From assembly GCF_009914755.1 (NCBI RefSeq), contig NC_060934.1: a stretch of DNA of 64,000 nucleotides; one strand, given 5' to 3'. Below are positions 45,908-61,184 of this stretch, in pieces (position 1 is the stretch's first letter; every line of letters starts with the position of its first letter). Source of the DNA: the human T2T-CHM13v2.0 reference genome, Homo sapiens. The position numbers and the translations under genes are program-made. The notes beneath the pieces were generated by a model. It saw nothing but the letters and a program-made list of their open reading frames with translations. It was not told where the DNA came from and searched no databases.

Positions 45908-48219
45908 CTTCATTTTTGAAAAAGAAAAAAAACCTTCATGTGATACTCACATATATGTGTATTCAAAAATAATTAAGAACAATTTTATATTAACAATAAA
46001 TCAAATAGATTTTCTCAAATTCTTCTTTTTCTCTATTATAAAGTAACAATTTCTACTTTAAAATTGAAAAATATCTAGAATATATGAATACACAATTCAC
46101 AGAAAACAAAATGACTCAACTTCCATCATATTTTATATATATATATATATAAAGCCAAACTGAAATTTTTTTTACCCACCAGAGTGGGAAAAAATTTTTT
46201 CAAAACTATGTTGGTGAGGCTATAGACTAAAAAGGCCTCATATGCAAGTGGGATATAAACTGGAACTACTCCTAGAAAAGAAAAATTGGTAATGCTATAT
46301 TTGCAAATTTACAAATGCATGTATACTTTGGCTTGGCAGTTCTGTATCTTGGAATTTATCCTAGACTACACATGACTATGTAAAATGCTATGTACACAAA
46401 GGCAATACTCTTATATATGTAATAAACAGTATCAGGTAGATAACAAGCGCATTTTCTACCTAATAAACATTCTCTAAACCTGATTTTGTGCTTTCAGAAG
46501 TATTTCCTTATTGAGTAGTTACGCTGTTAACAACAACTTGTGGAAACAGAAAACACTAAGTCCCATGTTCTTTTATCTTTGTCAGAAACTGTAACTAGAG
46601 ACAGATGCTATAAAGCATCAGCAATTTAATGAGGAACTATGAAAAGAATGGGAAGACAGTTGTTACGGGTGGGTTCAGAAGTACTTAGCTAGCTATTATA
46701 TTTTGTTAACTAGATAAGGAAAAGATTAGCAAAAGTAGTAGAAAATTTATGTTAAATATACACTTACTCTGTACCTTGACATCTTTAAATTTGTTTAGTC
46801 TGTTAAGTATAAAAAGTAACATTCCTATGGTATTGAAAACTTTAAAGGTTTTAAAACCCTAAAGTCTACTGAATTGTAATCTAAAGATCATAAAAATCTG
46901 TTATAAATATTTCCTACAGAGAATTTCATTTGCTAAAAATATTTTCAAATCAAATTAATTTGTCATTAGAAATTATCTTACCCAACTTTGTGATAACTTA
47001 TTCACTATTTGTAATCTCAGTAACTCTATTCAGGAGCTTCACATTTAAAATACAGTTTGCCTCAACCTGTTCCCGTTTACATCTTTTTAGCTATCAGTGT
47101 GAACTTAAACAAAAGTTAGGATTACATAAAATTTATTAGTGGAGTCAATGAAAATTTTGAGATATTACATGGAATTTATTTGTGGAATCATAATAAAAAT
47201 CACAATAGAAATTGTAACTGTATTCTACAAAGTCTTTGCCTGAAGTACCATTGTCAATCGAAAGACAAATTAAACATAAAGCTATATGTTGGGCATAACT
47301 TTCTGAGCAGAAATGATGTATTGCAAATGTTACCAAACTTGAACATACATTTAACAAAATGACAAAAATCAATTATTTAATTTATTGTCATTATACACGC
47401 TGTAGATGGGTAGCTCTAAGCTAAGATACAAATAAGCAACCAAATAAGATATAGCAATTAAATATAAATACAATGACATGACATGGAATGCTAAAAAAAA
47501 AAAATGCAATCAGTATAGCTGGCAACATTTCGTTAGTTATTATTTTCCAAAATCTAGTCCCACTTTTCTCTACTGTAATCAACCTCCCCACCAATGTATT
47601 CATCACAAAGAAAACAGAATTATTGTGGCAAAGGGCATGCAACAGGAACACATACAGTGACAGCTGAAACAGGATCAGACTTTACATATGCAACAGCAGG
47701 CCGACGACGGACAGAGTGTTTCCAAGAAGAAAGCAGCGAAAGCAAGAGCTCAGAGACTGAGCCTTGTTGGCAGAAGGACTTGATGGAAAAGGGAAGAAAA
47801 TGATGATGTCATAACAATGCACAACAGCAAAATGACACACAAGAGAAAAGCATAATGGAACCAGACAAGACAAAGATACAATTCTATATGCAGACATACA
47901 ACATAAGCAAAGCTCAACTTCCAAATAACTTTGCAAAGGTCCTAGAATTTATCCTGATGATTATTACATAAATTTATGTTTCATTTTTAAGATGAATGCT
48001 TTATAGAATTTATCTTAAACAGACTTGTGTTAGCCATTGGGAGGAATCATGTCAGGCCCTTTACGATCTTGATTAGACCCTGTCCAAAATCCCCTAGCTT
48101 CCTCCTCGTGACCTGCTGAGTAGTATCTTCTGGTGTCCCTTTCCAAGTCATCTGTTGGGAGTAGCCCTACCATCTAGCCTGCCTTTCCCTTCCTCTAGGA
48201 CACTGATACTTCCTCTAGG

Positions 48220-48370
48220 AGACAGGGAATTTTGTCCTCTGGGGGACATCTGGTAACGTTTGGAGATATTTTTAGTTGTCACAACTAGAGGCGGAGTGCC
48301 AGTCATCTGCTAAACACCCTACCACGCAAAGGACAGCCCCACCGACAACAAATAATTATCTAGCCCAAAA
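48220..48370 (+). mobile_element. MER20 fragment
   Basis: GGGGGACATCTGGTAACGTTTGGAGATATTTTTAGTTGTCACAACT...TGCTAAACACCCTAC. Confidence 0.75.
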
Positions 48371-51300
48371 GAGTGACTATTTTTAGAAATTTGAAAGCAT
48401 GTACAAATGAATGTTTGAATAACTACCAATATTTATGGGTTGATTTTTTAAATGCTCAAGGAATATGATGAATAATAACTGAAAAGAAGCACAACATATG
48501 TCATGTCACACTGAACCTGTTCACTTGTCAGTCTTCCCCACTACTACGTAAGCTTTGAAGCCAGGGACCATGTTATTTCTTTCTAAACCCAAAGCTTAAC
48601 AATGCCCAGAACACAGCAGGCTTTTAGGTCTGTTGAACAAACAAACAAACATACAAACATACATTTCTGAAGTGAGAAAAAAACAAATACAAGTTTATGT
48701 TAAGTGATATAGCAATCCAGTGGATAACCGTTTTCCAGAAAACCAGTGGAAGGTATCTGTCCTAGAGAAGAAAAGGCTCACTAGATTTTTGGATGAGACA
48801 GCACCAATGTAAAATATTTCTTATAAAGTGGAATTGCATGCAGCCTACGTGCATTTCATTTACTCAATTTTAACCATCCACTCTCTGCCAAAAAAAAAAA
48901 AAATCAATACGAACCATGAATAATTTTTTAAAAATAGAACTTTGAATAGCGTGGGTGACTGTGCTCAGCGTTCCATTCATGAGTACCTGCCCTGGAGTGA
49001 GTAGAAGATTTGAACCTGCTATTTCCTCAAGTGGATCTCAAGTTTTTGTACTAAGTGTGAATCTAATTTTTAAAGAACTATATAGATTTCTCCTATAATG
49101 TGGCCCCTTAACATAAGCCATTCAAACTCAACTGAAGGAAAAGCTATTCCTTCTAACACCAAAGGAAATATGGGCTCTGCTAGAGATCAGCTTCTGTATA
49201 GCATCTTCCTAACGAATATTCAAGAGCAGTTTTCACTTGAGGTGACTGTTGGTTTTTTGGCTTACATTTTAGCCTTAGAATCTTATTCTCAGGTAAGATG
49301 TGATTCTGCTGTATAAAGAGAATATATTTTACCTATAACAGATCTAGTTGGTGACTGAGCAGATCAACAAAGCTAGAATTCTTTAACATTCCTTTCAATA
49401 ATCCCAATTCCAGAGTTAAAGAGCATCTTGTATGTTTCTCTAAATTTTGGTATTTATGAATGTTCTTGGGTCATAATACATTATACGCACTTACATGATT
49501 TTTAAATACTCTTACTTCCTTTTACTTAGGCCATTCAAATTAGTTCTCGCTCCCTTAAATATGTAGCAATGGGGAAAACAAAACAGTCTGAGGTTTTAAA
49601 ATTAGCCATAAAATACAAATTAAGAATTGACTGTACAACCAAGCATTTCACCACATCTTTAATCTTGTTTAGTCTTTACTGAGACTATAAAATGGTGTGG
49701 TTATGTTTTTTAAAATTATACCTGTCTGAACTGATTATATTAATACTATATCAATAGTAATAAGATGTCATTTGAAAGGTAAAAATTAAAATAGTGATTC
49801 CCTGTAATTAAAAATTCATTGAGAATTCTAAAATTTCAAATTGGCTTGCTCAGTAAATTTTAAACTATGTTTCGGCTATTGCCACATGGTAACAAAGTAA
49901 TACAACCTTGGCTGATAAACAGAAATACCTCACCTCCTTTGTCAGTATTAGTTTTAATCATGAGTTCTGAATCGTGTGTAAGATCTTCTACAGTGAAAAC
50001 TTTAAATAAATTTTAAAAAATGTAACCATCCTGTACTAATGATTATGTACTGGAAGGTACTCATTTAACATCTTTAAATTCAAAATAAGTTTTCATTTCA
50101 TCTAAATCACATACAAACCTGCCTACCTACAGGATGCTCTGTCTAATGGCTTCATCTGTTCCTGCTACAACCTTCAATCTTTAAGTATCAGTAATTATCA
50201 AATAAGTGACCACTATCCAGCTTTCTTCAGATACTTTTAAAAGTGACTTATTAATCTCTTATTGCTTCTCCATTCCTTTTCTTTCATCCATTTTCTTCAC
50301 TCAATTTGAAATAAAAGTTGAGCCGTAAATAGGAAGAAAGAAACAATTACACAGTCCTCTAGAAATGCATTAACACAAAAGAGCCCCACATGTTTCACCT
50401 CGAGGAAAAGGAGAAAGACATAATTATCCATTTACTTTAAGATATATCAAACCAAAATTTCAACCCTTTCACAGGTCATTTCCACTGGAATGGCTGAACA
50501 GGGAGCAAATTAAAAGATTAGTAAAACAAAACAGAAGAAACGATCTAGAATGTTCACATCCGTGCTCAATTCATGTGGATTTTTAGGTTTCCTCATCAGA
50601 GAAGCTGAGGAATAATGTGTTCTGTGGCATTTGGGGTTCAGAACCATGTTGCATGGCTGCATTATAAATGTGGATGACTAAAATTTGCTTAAATTTTATA
50701 AATGGACTTTTCTTTCATCAAACATAAGATCCATAGGTTTTGTATTAATTTTAAAGAAACTCATTAATTGTAATAAAATATTGGTTACGGTAGAATATGA
50801 AGTAGACCAAATACATTTAGAATAATTTCATTTTAAATTTTACTTGAGCATTAGCACTTCAAACTCAATTACCAAAAACTTTTAGAAATAGCCAGAGCAT
50901 GGATTCTAGAGCCAAAAAGCCAAAGTTCTAAACCCAGACCTGCCACTTGGTAGCTGTAAGACCTTGAACAAATTATTATACTTAAGTGTTTTATACCTCA
51001 TTTTCTCATCTATGACGGGGGAAGGGCGAAATCAGAGCAATAGCTATCCCAGCGTTAAGGAGACAATATATACACAATCCTCTGCACTGACAACATATGT
51101 GGGATACAGAATGAGCATTCAAAAAATGTAGCTATTATATGTCACAAATTATAATTTTTAATGTTTGCATTACAAATAACTGAAGAGTAGAGTAATGATA
51201 GTAAGCACTCAAATATATAAAAAGCTTCAAAATCCCACAAGTAATGTGACATTTCTTTTTCTTTTGAAAGCTGGCTGACAATCCAGACACTGACACCTCA

Positions 51301-51716
51301 ATCACTGATTTGTAACCAATGGTCAGATCACAATTCAAGATACAGCTTGCCACATTACTGCTTATTTTCTGACTAAATATCTGAAATAGCAGAGTCACAA
51401 ACACAGCAAAGCTTTAACATCCTGAAAATGAATCAAGAAATGTATTTTCTCTATAATGCCCAAGTAATAAGCCCACTTTTCAGTTGAATGGATAAAACAG
51501 AATCTGTTGATTTTAATAACACCACTAATTAGACTGTCCTACTTAGTCCTCTTTTTCTCTCATAAGTTAAAATGAATCTTTAAGAAGATTTTATTCATTT
51601 TTATTTGCACACTAGCTGTAACTATAAGGACTCTGGAAATTACCTCCTGAAATTCAGGTACGATACTATTCACATAATTTAAATGTATAAAATCTCCAAA
51701 GAGAAGAAATACTTAC

Positions 51717-51798
51717 CCAACTTGTGCTACTTCCTTGAGTTTTGGTAAAAAGTAAAGATGAACCCTGCAACACCGCCCAAGAAGACAACCAGTTCTTT
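51717..51798 (-). CDS. ARHGAP12: Coding exon, 82 nt, PH domain (KNWLSSWAVLQGSSLLFTKTQGSSTSW)
   Basis: ttacag|AAAGAAC...AGTTGG|gtaagt; phase 2 to 0. Confidence 0.95.
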
Positions 51799-52922
51799 CT
51801 GTAATTATAAAGATGACCGATTAAAGCTCCAATCTCGAGTTCTTTCAGCCAAATTCAAAAAATTAAGACCTACTTAGCTCTTATCAATGTTATCTACAAT
51901 TTACAGCCTTGTTGACATTTTAATTGTTTTTATTGGGGATAGATACTAATGCAATTTACAGTCATTTTATGGTTCAAACCTGATCATGAAGGCCCCAAAA
52001 CAAATGAAGTTAATCAGAGAAGTTATCAGAAATAACTATGAATGAATGACGCATGTAATTATGTTCACGTGAAATTAATACAGCACTTTGTGATCAAAGA
52101 CACTAATTTATTTTAAAGTCACACAAGTGGAATATTGTATTTATCAAGAATTCTTACTTAGAAGTAAAAATTAGACAAACACGCTTCCCTCACTCACCTA
52201 ATTCTTTATACAGACTGTGTTACATTTCTTGGTGATCTGCCTTCCCCTAATTGGGCTGGAGTACTCAGGTAGTAGGTACTAGGTGCATTACAGGCATACA
52301 ATGAATTGTACACTGATAGACCACACGACATTTAAAAACAAAATGTTTCCTCCATCACAAAAGCAACACATATACGGTATGCAAAAACTCTGAAAACAAA
52401 AATGTGTAAAGGAAAGGGAATCCCATTTCTTCTTCAATCCATACTCTAGAGGTAACCAATGTTAAGACTTTGGTATAATATGGGGCTTTTAAAGAAACTG
52501 TCCACTTATCTACTATCCTATCTCCAGATACAGAGGTACGCCTCACACAGCATATGTATTATCAGTTCACCCATTTAGAACTTTAAAGCTTTTGAATATT
52601 ACACCCCAGCCAGATTCCCCTCAACTTCTCCCTTATCATATTAGAGATTTTTATGTAAATGTTTCTCTCTCATAGGAATTGTAAATTATTTGAAAAAACA
52701 AAACAGTTTTTATTTTTATTTTTTATCTGCCTCAGGCCTAGCACAGTACTTTTCAAACAGCAGGTATGAATCAGTGTTTACAAGTAGGAAAATAAATTAA
52801 AATTACCCTATATAAGGACACAGTTGCTAGGAAGATAAATGAATGTCAAATCTGTCTACTGCAGGGATTTATTAAAGCTATCCTTATAGCCAAACATATG
52901 GCCAATTTTATAAAAACCTCTA

Positions 52923-53239
<317 letters not shown>

Positions 53240-54237
53240 CTAAAGGAGGTTTATTTTCTGTTTTCAGAATGTAGAATTTAATATCTATCAATAAGACTTA
53301 CCTTTTTTTAAATTACTTTTTATGTCTAGTTGAACTTTATGGATTAAGATAAGTGAAATAAAGTTAATTACTACTAGTGAAATAAAGTTAATTACTACTA
53401 AGTTTCTATGTTTCCATTTATTTCCTGTATTTTTTTGCTTATGTTTGTTAATGCTACTTTATTTGGTAAATGGTGATTCCTAATAATTACATCTTCACTG
53501 TGGACTTCTGCACATGCTTTACCATTTTAAATACTACTTTCATAATGCTTTATGCTCTCTCCCTAGGATGAACTTTGCTACTGATATCCCTAGTCTTGCT
53601 TTACTTTCTATACCTTTGACACACCTTATTGCTTTTTTTTTTTCAACTTTTCTGAATCATCTTTAGGTGTTTCTTTTACATATAGAATTTAGTTAAGTTT
53701 TGCTTTTTTATGCTTCAGTCTGAGCACCTTTTTCTTTCAATAGATGAGTAGTCCATTTACATTTACTGATATTGATATTATAGATGGTGCTTTTTCTGTC
53801 ATCATTATTTCATTTTCTGGATCTGAAGATATTTTGGAAGTATTTTAATTTTTTGTAAATTCATTTTATATTCTCAGTCTTCTATTTCTTTAGATATCAT
53901 CTACTGACTCCCTACTATGAAAAATACTTAAATTAGCCTATTTCCACTTTAAGTAAGCTTTTTTAGTTCAATTTTCAAAATGAGAAAAACTGTAGAACTA
54001 GTAGATATATATCTGAGAACAAATATTGAATACATAAATAGTAAAATAACGATTATTGCCTCAAGGACTAAGCACTTGCGTGACTTAGTTGCAAGGTGAA
54101 TTAGTCACATTTTTTTTTCCTGGAACCCCATTTTTTCTCCTGAAAAAACAACTGATGTACATACTATAGTTATTCAGACCTGGATATGTGGCACACAAAC
54201 ATTATCTTAAAAATAAATGAAGTTTTCAAAGAAATCA

Positions 54238-54910
<673 letters not shown>

Positions 54911-54914
54911 AATT

Positions 54915-55681
54915 GAAGCTTTCAAACAGAAAGTAGAACTTTGGAACACCTGGCATCTGCTACAATGGATTTGACAACGTCCCAATACTTTTCTGACAGT
55001 ACTGATGTATGATTCTTTGATATTATAAATAAAATGTGTAAACATTTGAGAAATGAGCAAAGTTAGTGAACTAGTATTTTACAAATGACCTACAAGATAT
55101 TATAAAATTAAGCATGGGCAAAGATTCACTCAGGTGCAACAAAGACCAACGGCTTTTAATGTAACTGAGTATGAACCGTTCACCGGCAGTTTTTCAGAGT
55201 CTTCACTACAACTAACCCTCAACAAACTACCATTTGTAGAGTTTCGGAGCAGCAGGAAAATGCACAATTATCTGAACATATCTTAAAACATTCCTCCATT
55301 TTCCACCTTTAGTTGTGAAAAGGATTTTTTTCACATACTTCAAACAAAATAATATGTCACAACAGACTGCAAGCAGAGATGAAAATTCATCTGTTTTCCA
55401 TTAAGCCAAACACTAAAGATTTACAAAAAAATGTAAAACAATGCCTCTCTTCTCATGGAAATTTTTTGTCTTAGAAAACATAGTTTTTCTTCAAAAAAAT
55501 ATTTGTGTCAATTTGTAATAGGTATTTTTAAAAAAATTATCCTTAAAATTTGTTTTAATTTCTCACAGTATCTGTAGATATAACCTATAAGGTTATAGAG
55601 AGTAGACCAAGGCTCTTTAGAATATTCAGTAATTTTTAAGCATTTAAAGGAGTCTTCAGACCAAAAAGTTTAAGAACCACT
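54915..55681 (-). mobile_element. Charlie1-like hAT fragment
   Basis: Ends GACCAAAAAGTTTAAGAACCACT, the reverse of the terminus at 8979. Confidence 0.7.
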
Positions 55682-55689
55682 AATACATA

Positions 55690-56890
55690 GGAAACTAAAG
55701 ATTTTGCTCAACTCAATGTAAATAAATTTGAAGATGATGGAATAGATGATTTCCTTAGGTAAATATAAATTGAAAAAAGTATTCCAAAAGAAGCAGAAAA
55801 TCTAAAAGGCTACTATCATAGGAAAAAAAACAAAAGCAAAGAAAGTAGCCGAAGAGCTATCTGCACTACATATTCCCAAAATGGAGAAAGAAAAATAAAG
55901 ACTCAATTCACAACTGAATTCTACCAAAGAACAGTTTAAGGGATACATAATTGTAGTATTTATAAAGCTATTTCAGAGCACTTAAAAAAAAAATCTAACT
56001 ACCAAAGTCTGACAAAAAATAGTTCCATGAAAGCAAACCCAAAAAACTCAATTACATGTAAATTTAAAACTCTTTAAATGCAACTTATACTGCACAGAGT
56101 TAATTTCCTTAAATCACTAGGAGGTACTACACATTAACCAAAAAATCCAACAATCCAATAGAAAAACAGACAAAGGGTATAAAGAAACAATTCAACAAAA
56201 AGGAAATACCAACAATTTATGATACTGTAACCTATTAAAAAGGAATGCAAATAAAAATATCATTTTCTCTCTTCTCTCTCCTGGCAAAATCAAAGAATTT
56301 AACAACATACTAAACTGGCGAAAGGTGTGCAGGAATGCACGGCTCCTGGAGGCAGAAACGGATTCAATATCTTACAGTGCAATTTGGAACACTGTCGAAA
56401 TGACTTTGCAAGTGGCCCAGCAATTCCACTTTTTGTAAAATTTATTTTATGGGCAGATTTGCATACTTGCAAAATGAGTCATGCAAGATGCTAAATGTAA
56501 TATTACATGTACTAGCAAAAATGATAAACAACTGACATGTCTACCAATAGACAAGTGTAGTTTAAAACGTGCAAATAAATAATGGGGAAATAAACTATAT
56601 AGTACAGCCAAACAATATACAACTATGCAGTAGATTAAAAACAATGTGGCAGCTCTACAAGCAAGAAGTGAAACCATCTCCAAGATAAACTGTGAAAAGA
56701 TTATGTTTAGAAAATTAATCTCTATACATACAAACATATACATATATATCCTATCTCTGGAGGAAAGCACTAGAATTCAGGAGACTTAACACTGATTGCC
56801 TCTGGGGAGGGGAAGTAATGCCGGCTGGGGGATTGACTTTTCACTCAATACTTAGTCTACCTTTGTTTTTTACCATGTGCATTTACTGCT
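55690..56890 (+). mobile_element. Old L1ME-like fragments
   Basis: Degenerate ORF2 and 3' end motifs (CCCAGCAATTCCACT). Confidence 0.6.
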
Positions 56891-57153
56891 TACTGAAAAA
56901 AAAAAATATTAAAGCAAATGCATCCTCAGAACCCTCTGCCTCATTACCTCTTAACTTAATATTACTTAGGAAATATGTCAAGACAAAGGAAAATTTTCAT
57001 AAATCTCATGACAATCTTACATATATGATTACATAGAAAACAAATGGTGAGAGATTCTTCAGCACCTATTGTTTATACTAAAATAATTATATTGAGAATT
57101 TTTAATTTATTTCAGATGAATCATGTAAGAACATTAAAGACTTGTGTACTTAC

Positions 57154-57215
57154 CGAACCTTTTTCCCATTTTCAGCAATTTTTGTTACATTTAATAATCC
57201 ATATTTCTCTTGATC
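57154..57215 (-). CDS. ARHGAP12: Coding exon, 62 nt, start of PH domain (DQEKYGLLNVTKIAENGKKV-R)
   Basis: ttccatag|GATCAA...GTTCG|gtaagt; phase 0 to 2. Confidence 0.95.
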
Positions 57216-59647
57216 CTATGGAACAGAGTAATACTGTTTATACAATCACATAGACAATGAGGTCCAAGTTCTTACACATGACTGAACCAACATGGTCTCG
57301 TTCTCTAAAAATTAGCTTAAAAGAAAAGATTAGTCAATGTGTAACATGCGTAGTTCTAGAATACATTAAGAATATAACTTTCCTAATACTTTTGTAGTTT
57401 TTTCTTAATTTTATAATTAAACACTTCTTTTTCTCCTTAAGTCACAGCAGCTATTAGATACTTTGCTATCAAATTAGATTTCCATATGAACAAAGCAGCA
57501 CTGAAAAATAATTTATGTCTTTCTATTCAAAGAAAGGAATACAATGCTATAAGGATAAATTCTACAAAAAAGGAATGATTTACTTTGCTGTTATTTTACA
57601 ACTATATAATCTGAAAATTATTCAATATACTAACTCACTTTGTCAAAATGTAAAAATAGGGAGACCAAATACTGTGTCTGTATTTAATAAATTACTAAAA
57701 AGTTAACTGGTATCATGTACAGAACTTGCCTTAATGTAGCATAAAAAATTCAGCATGTGCTTCATTAAGCATATTATCAGATTGTGAGTTCCTCTCTAGA
57801 CAAACTAGATTTATTAGCCAGCTGATGTCAAAAACAGTGACACAAGCTTTATCATCAAACCCTATGAAGGCAGAAGCCACTGCACTAAAGTTAATGTTAT
57901 CTTAAAATTCTTCCAGATGGAAATCAAGAAGCACTTTCTCACTGCTTTAGTTTCCTAGAAGCAAATGAATTTAATTAAAATGAGCTGAGTCCATAGTAAT
58001 CATTCAACATTACTAAGCATTATCTGTATGAGACAATAGTCAATTTTAATTCAACTAAAGCACTCATACACACGCACTCTCTCTCTCTCTCTCACAAGGA
58101 AGAAGTATCCCCAATTCTATTTAACTGATTACTCTGCTATATTTTCTCAATGTACTTTAATCAGAAAATATACATTTTTCTGCATGAGAGATAAACATAA
58201 TATTGAGCATTTTTTTTACCAATGTCTGAAAGTTTCGTCTGGTCTGATAAAAACTGACATCTGTAGACAAAGCTGACAAACTGCTATGTCAATTTACATT
58301 TTTGGTATACTGGGGACTTGGGAAATAGCCCATATGAAGTTTTATTGTAATTTTTTCATAAAGCACAGCTTAAATCTCCTTAGATACGCAAGTTTGATAT
58401 TTTTCGTAAGAACTATGTTGCTCCTCAACAAAAACATTAATAACACAATTGTAAGTATGTGTGAGATTTTTTTTTTTTCTTTTTCTCATAAACCTTCATG
58501 TTGAGGGCTGACTTTCAACAGATCACAGCAAGGCAGCTGCATAAGATGTTAAAGAAGAACATTTTTAATTTGCCGCCTGCACCCCTCAAAAGCAGGGAGA
58601 AAACAATCTTTCCATCATATGGGAACTAAGTAACAACATTAATCTGAGTGGATGGGCACTGATTACTTAAGCTAGGGAACTCAGCAATTGGAAAGGCAGA
58701 GAGGTGGGAATTAAGCCCATTTTAAAAATGCCACAGCTGAATTTGTATTTAAAAAAAAAAAAAAGCAGAGGCAGGAAGGAAACACAGGCATCAAAACAGG
58801 AAGAAAAATGGATGGCATAGCAGTAGTGATAGACAGCCTAAGCCTAAGGATGAGAGGGAGAGTCTAGATCAGGGATTCTCACCCAAATCAACGGATAGAC
58901 TGAAACCGGAACATAACTGAGCATGTATATATGCATCACTCAAAGAAAAGGTCCAGAACTTTCACCAAATGGTCACAGGGATCAAGACCCAAGTACTAAT
59001 GCTCTATTAATCACTCTAACTTGAACATAAAGAACAAAATTTGCTACACCCAAAACGTACAAATACAAAGAACAATTCCCATGCAATGTGATACATGCTA
59101 TGAGAAAGCTATGCCTAACTCAACCTGGGAGAGAAAGACATCAGACAGCCTCCTGGGGAACTTGACACTTGAACTAAGGAACAGGAGTCAGCTAGACTGA
59201 AACAGCAGGAGATAAAAACAACCAACAGTGAAAGGCACAGGGGCTAAAGACAGCATTTCATATTTGAAGGATTTTAAATTCCCCCAAGTATTGGGTGAGG
59301 TGGAGAAGTGGCAAGAAATGAGGTAGCAGAAAGAATGCACTAAGAAAGGGTAGCATGACCAGGAACCAACTAGAATACTATTTTAATCATTACTATAAGA
59401 GATGATAAAGACCTGAATGTGGTGGCAGTGACAGAGAAAAGGGGCCCAATTTGACAGATTCAGAAGACAAAATTGACAGGGACTTTTGCTAGGGTGAGAG
59501 CAAAGATCTTGGGGAAACTGTCAAGCTTGAGCAACTGGGTAGCTGGTAATATCTCCACTTCAATGTTACTTTAGGGCTTTTCCTGACCACTTTTAAGTAA
59601 ACTTCCCACTATTTATGACTGCCTCAGTTTGTTTGCCTTATTGTACT

Positions 59648-59998
59648 TACTACAGACTAAATGTTTGTGTCCCTCAAAATTTGTACGTTGAAATCTAATC
59701 TCAAATGTAATGATACCTGGAGGTGGGGCCTTTGGGAGATGATCAGGTCATGAAGGTGAAGCCCACATGAATCTAATTAGTGCCCTTATAAAAGGGAACC
59801 CTTGTTATTTCTGCCATGTGAGGACACAGCAAAAAGGAACCATCTATGAACCAGGAAGGTGCCCTCACCAGACAGTGAATTTATCAATGCCTTGATCTTG
59901 GACTCCTCAGCCACCAGAACTGTGAGAAATAAATTTCTGTTGTTTATAAGCCACTCAGTTTATATTTTTGCTATACCAGCCCCAATGGACTAAGACAC
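59648..59998 (+). mobile_element. MLT1A-type MaLR solo LTR
   Basis: AATGTTTGTGTCCCTCAAAAT...GAACTGTGAGAAATAAATTTCTGTTGTTTATAAGCCAC...GACTAAGACA. Confidence 0.85.
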
Positions 59999-60334
59999 CC
60001 TTAATGCAAAGTACAATTGTGTATTTTTTATTACTTTTATTATTTCATTATCCACTCCATTAGGCCGTAAGTTGGAACCACATCTGTTATGTTCATCAAT
60101 AACCAGTGCCTAGTACTGTATCAAGCATGTAGTTGGCATTCAATACATATATGATGAAGTAATTTACCAATAAATTAACAGTACTATAACAAGAAAGAAA
60201 TATGAGGGTCAATAACAGAGAAAATAAAGCTTTAACTATTAAATATCTAAGTTTTTGAATTTGACATAAAAATAAATAGGCAGATGGGTAATATAGGTTT
60301 GGATACACAAGTAAGAGTTAGGAAAAACATTTAA

Positions 60335-60639
60335 GGCAGGGCACGGTGGCTCACGCCTGTAATCTCAGCACTTTGGGAGGCCAACACAGGTGGATCACGA
60401 GGTCAGGAGTTCAAGACTAGTCTGGCTAAGATGGTAAAACCCCATCTCTACTAAAAATAAAAAAATCAGCTGGGCATGGTGGCAGATGCCTGTAATCCCA
60501 ACTACTTGGGAGGCTGAGACACAGAATTGCTTGAATGTGGGAGGCGGAGGTTGCAGTGAGCCGAGATCGCGCCACTGCACTCCAGCCTGGGCGACAGAGC
60601 GAGACTCTGTCTCAAAAGAAAAAAAAAAAAAAAAAAAAA
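60335..60639 (+). mobile_element. AluS
   Basis: Full dimer with A tail. Confidence 0.9.
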
Positions 60640-61184
60640 TTTAAACAGACTTTTATTTCATACTATTTAGTATACTTTCTCTACATAATATGTGTCAAAA
60701 TCAACCAATGTTTTTGTGTTGCTTACTAAGAAAGCTTCATAAAAAATATCTTAAGTCCCATAAAATATATACAAACTTATACATGAATATTTGTTGGTCT
60801 AAGTATTTGATACTCTAAAAGAAACTTTATATTAAAAATAAGCAGGAATGCTTTAATAAGGACTAGCAAATTATGGTTAAATTGAGTAACAATATTATTC
60901 TATCCTAATAGGCAAGAAAACAATAAACTTCAAATTCTACTAGGTAATCTGGGGAAAATTTCACAAGTTCATAATTACTTTGCAGGCTCCACAATTTCTA
61001 ATTGATGTTGCATTCTTTTAGTAAAGTAGGTACTTCTCAATTTAGGCTAACAAGTGTGATATACCAAAATCAATACACCTGATCAAAATCCTTATCTTCA
61101 GTTAATTGTGTAATAATAAGATTTTAAAAATATAGAATAAGTAAACTTGCACAATTGTACCTATAGCATTGAAAAAACACCACT

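Noticed and set aside
47421-47493. Second acceptor-like site (T12-AG at 47491-47493)
   Set aside because: The phase-0 frame stops after 10 codons and no credible donor follows; kept only as context for the 47778 candidate.
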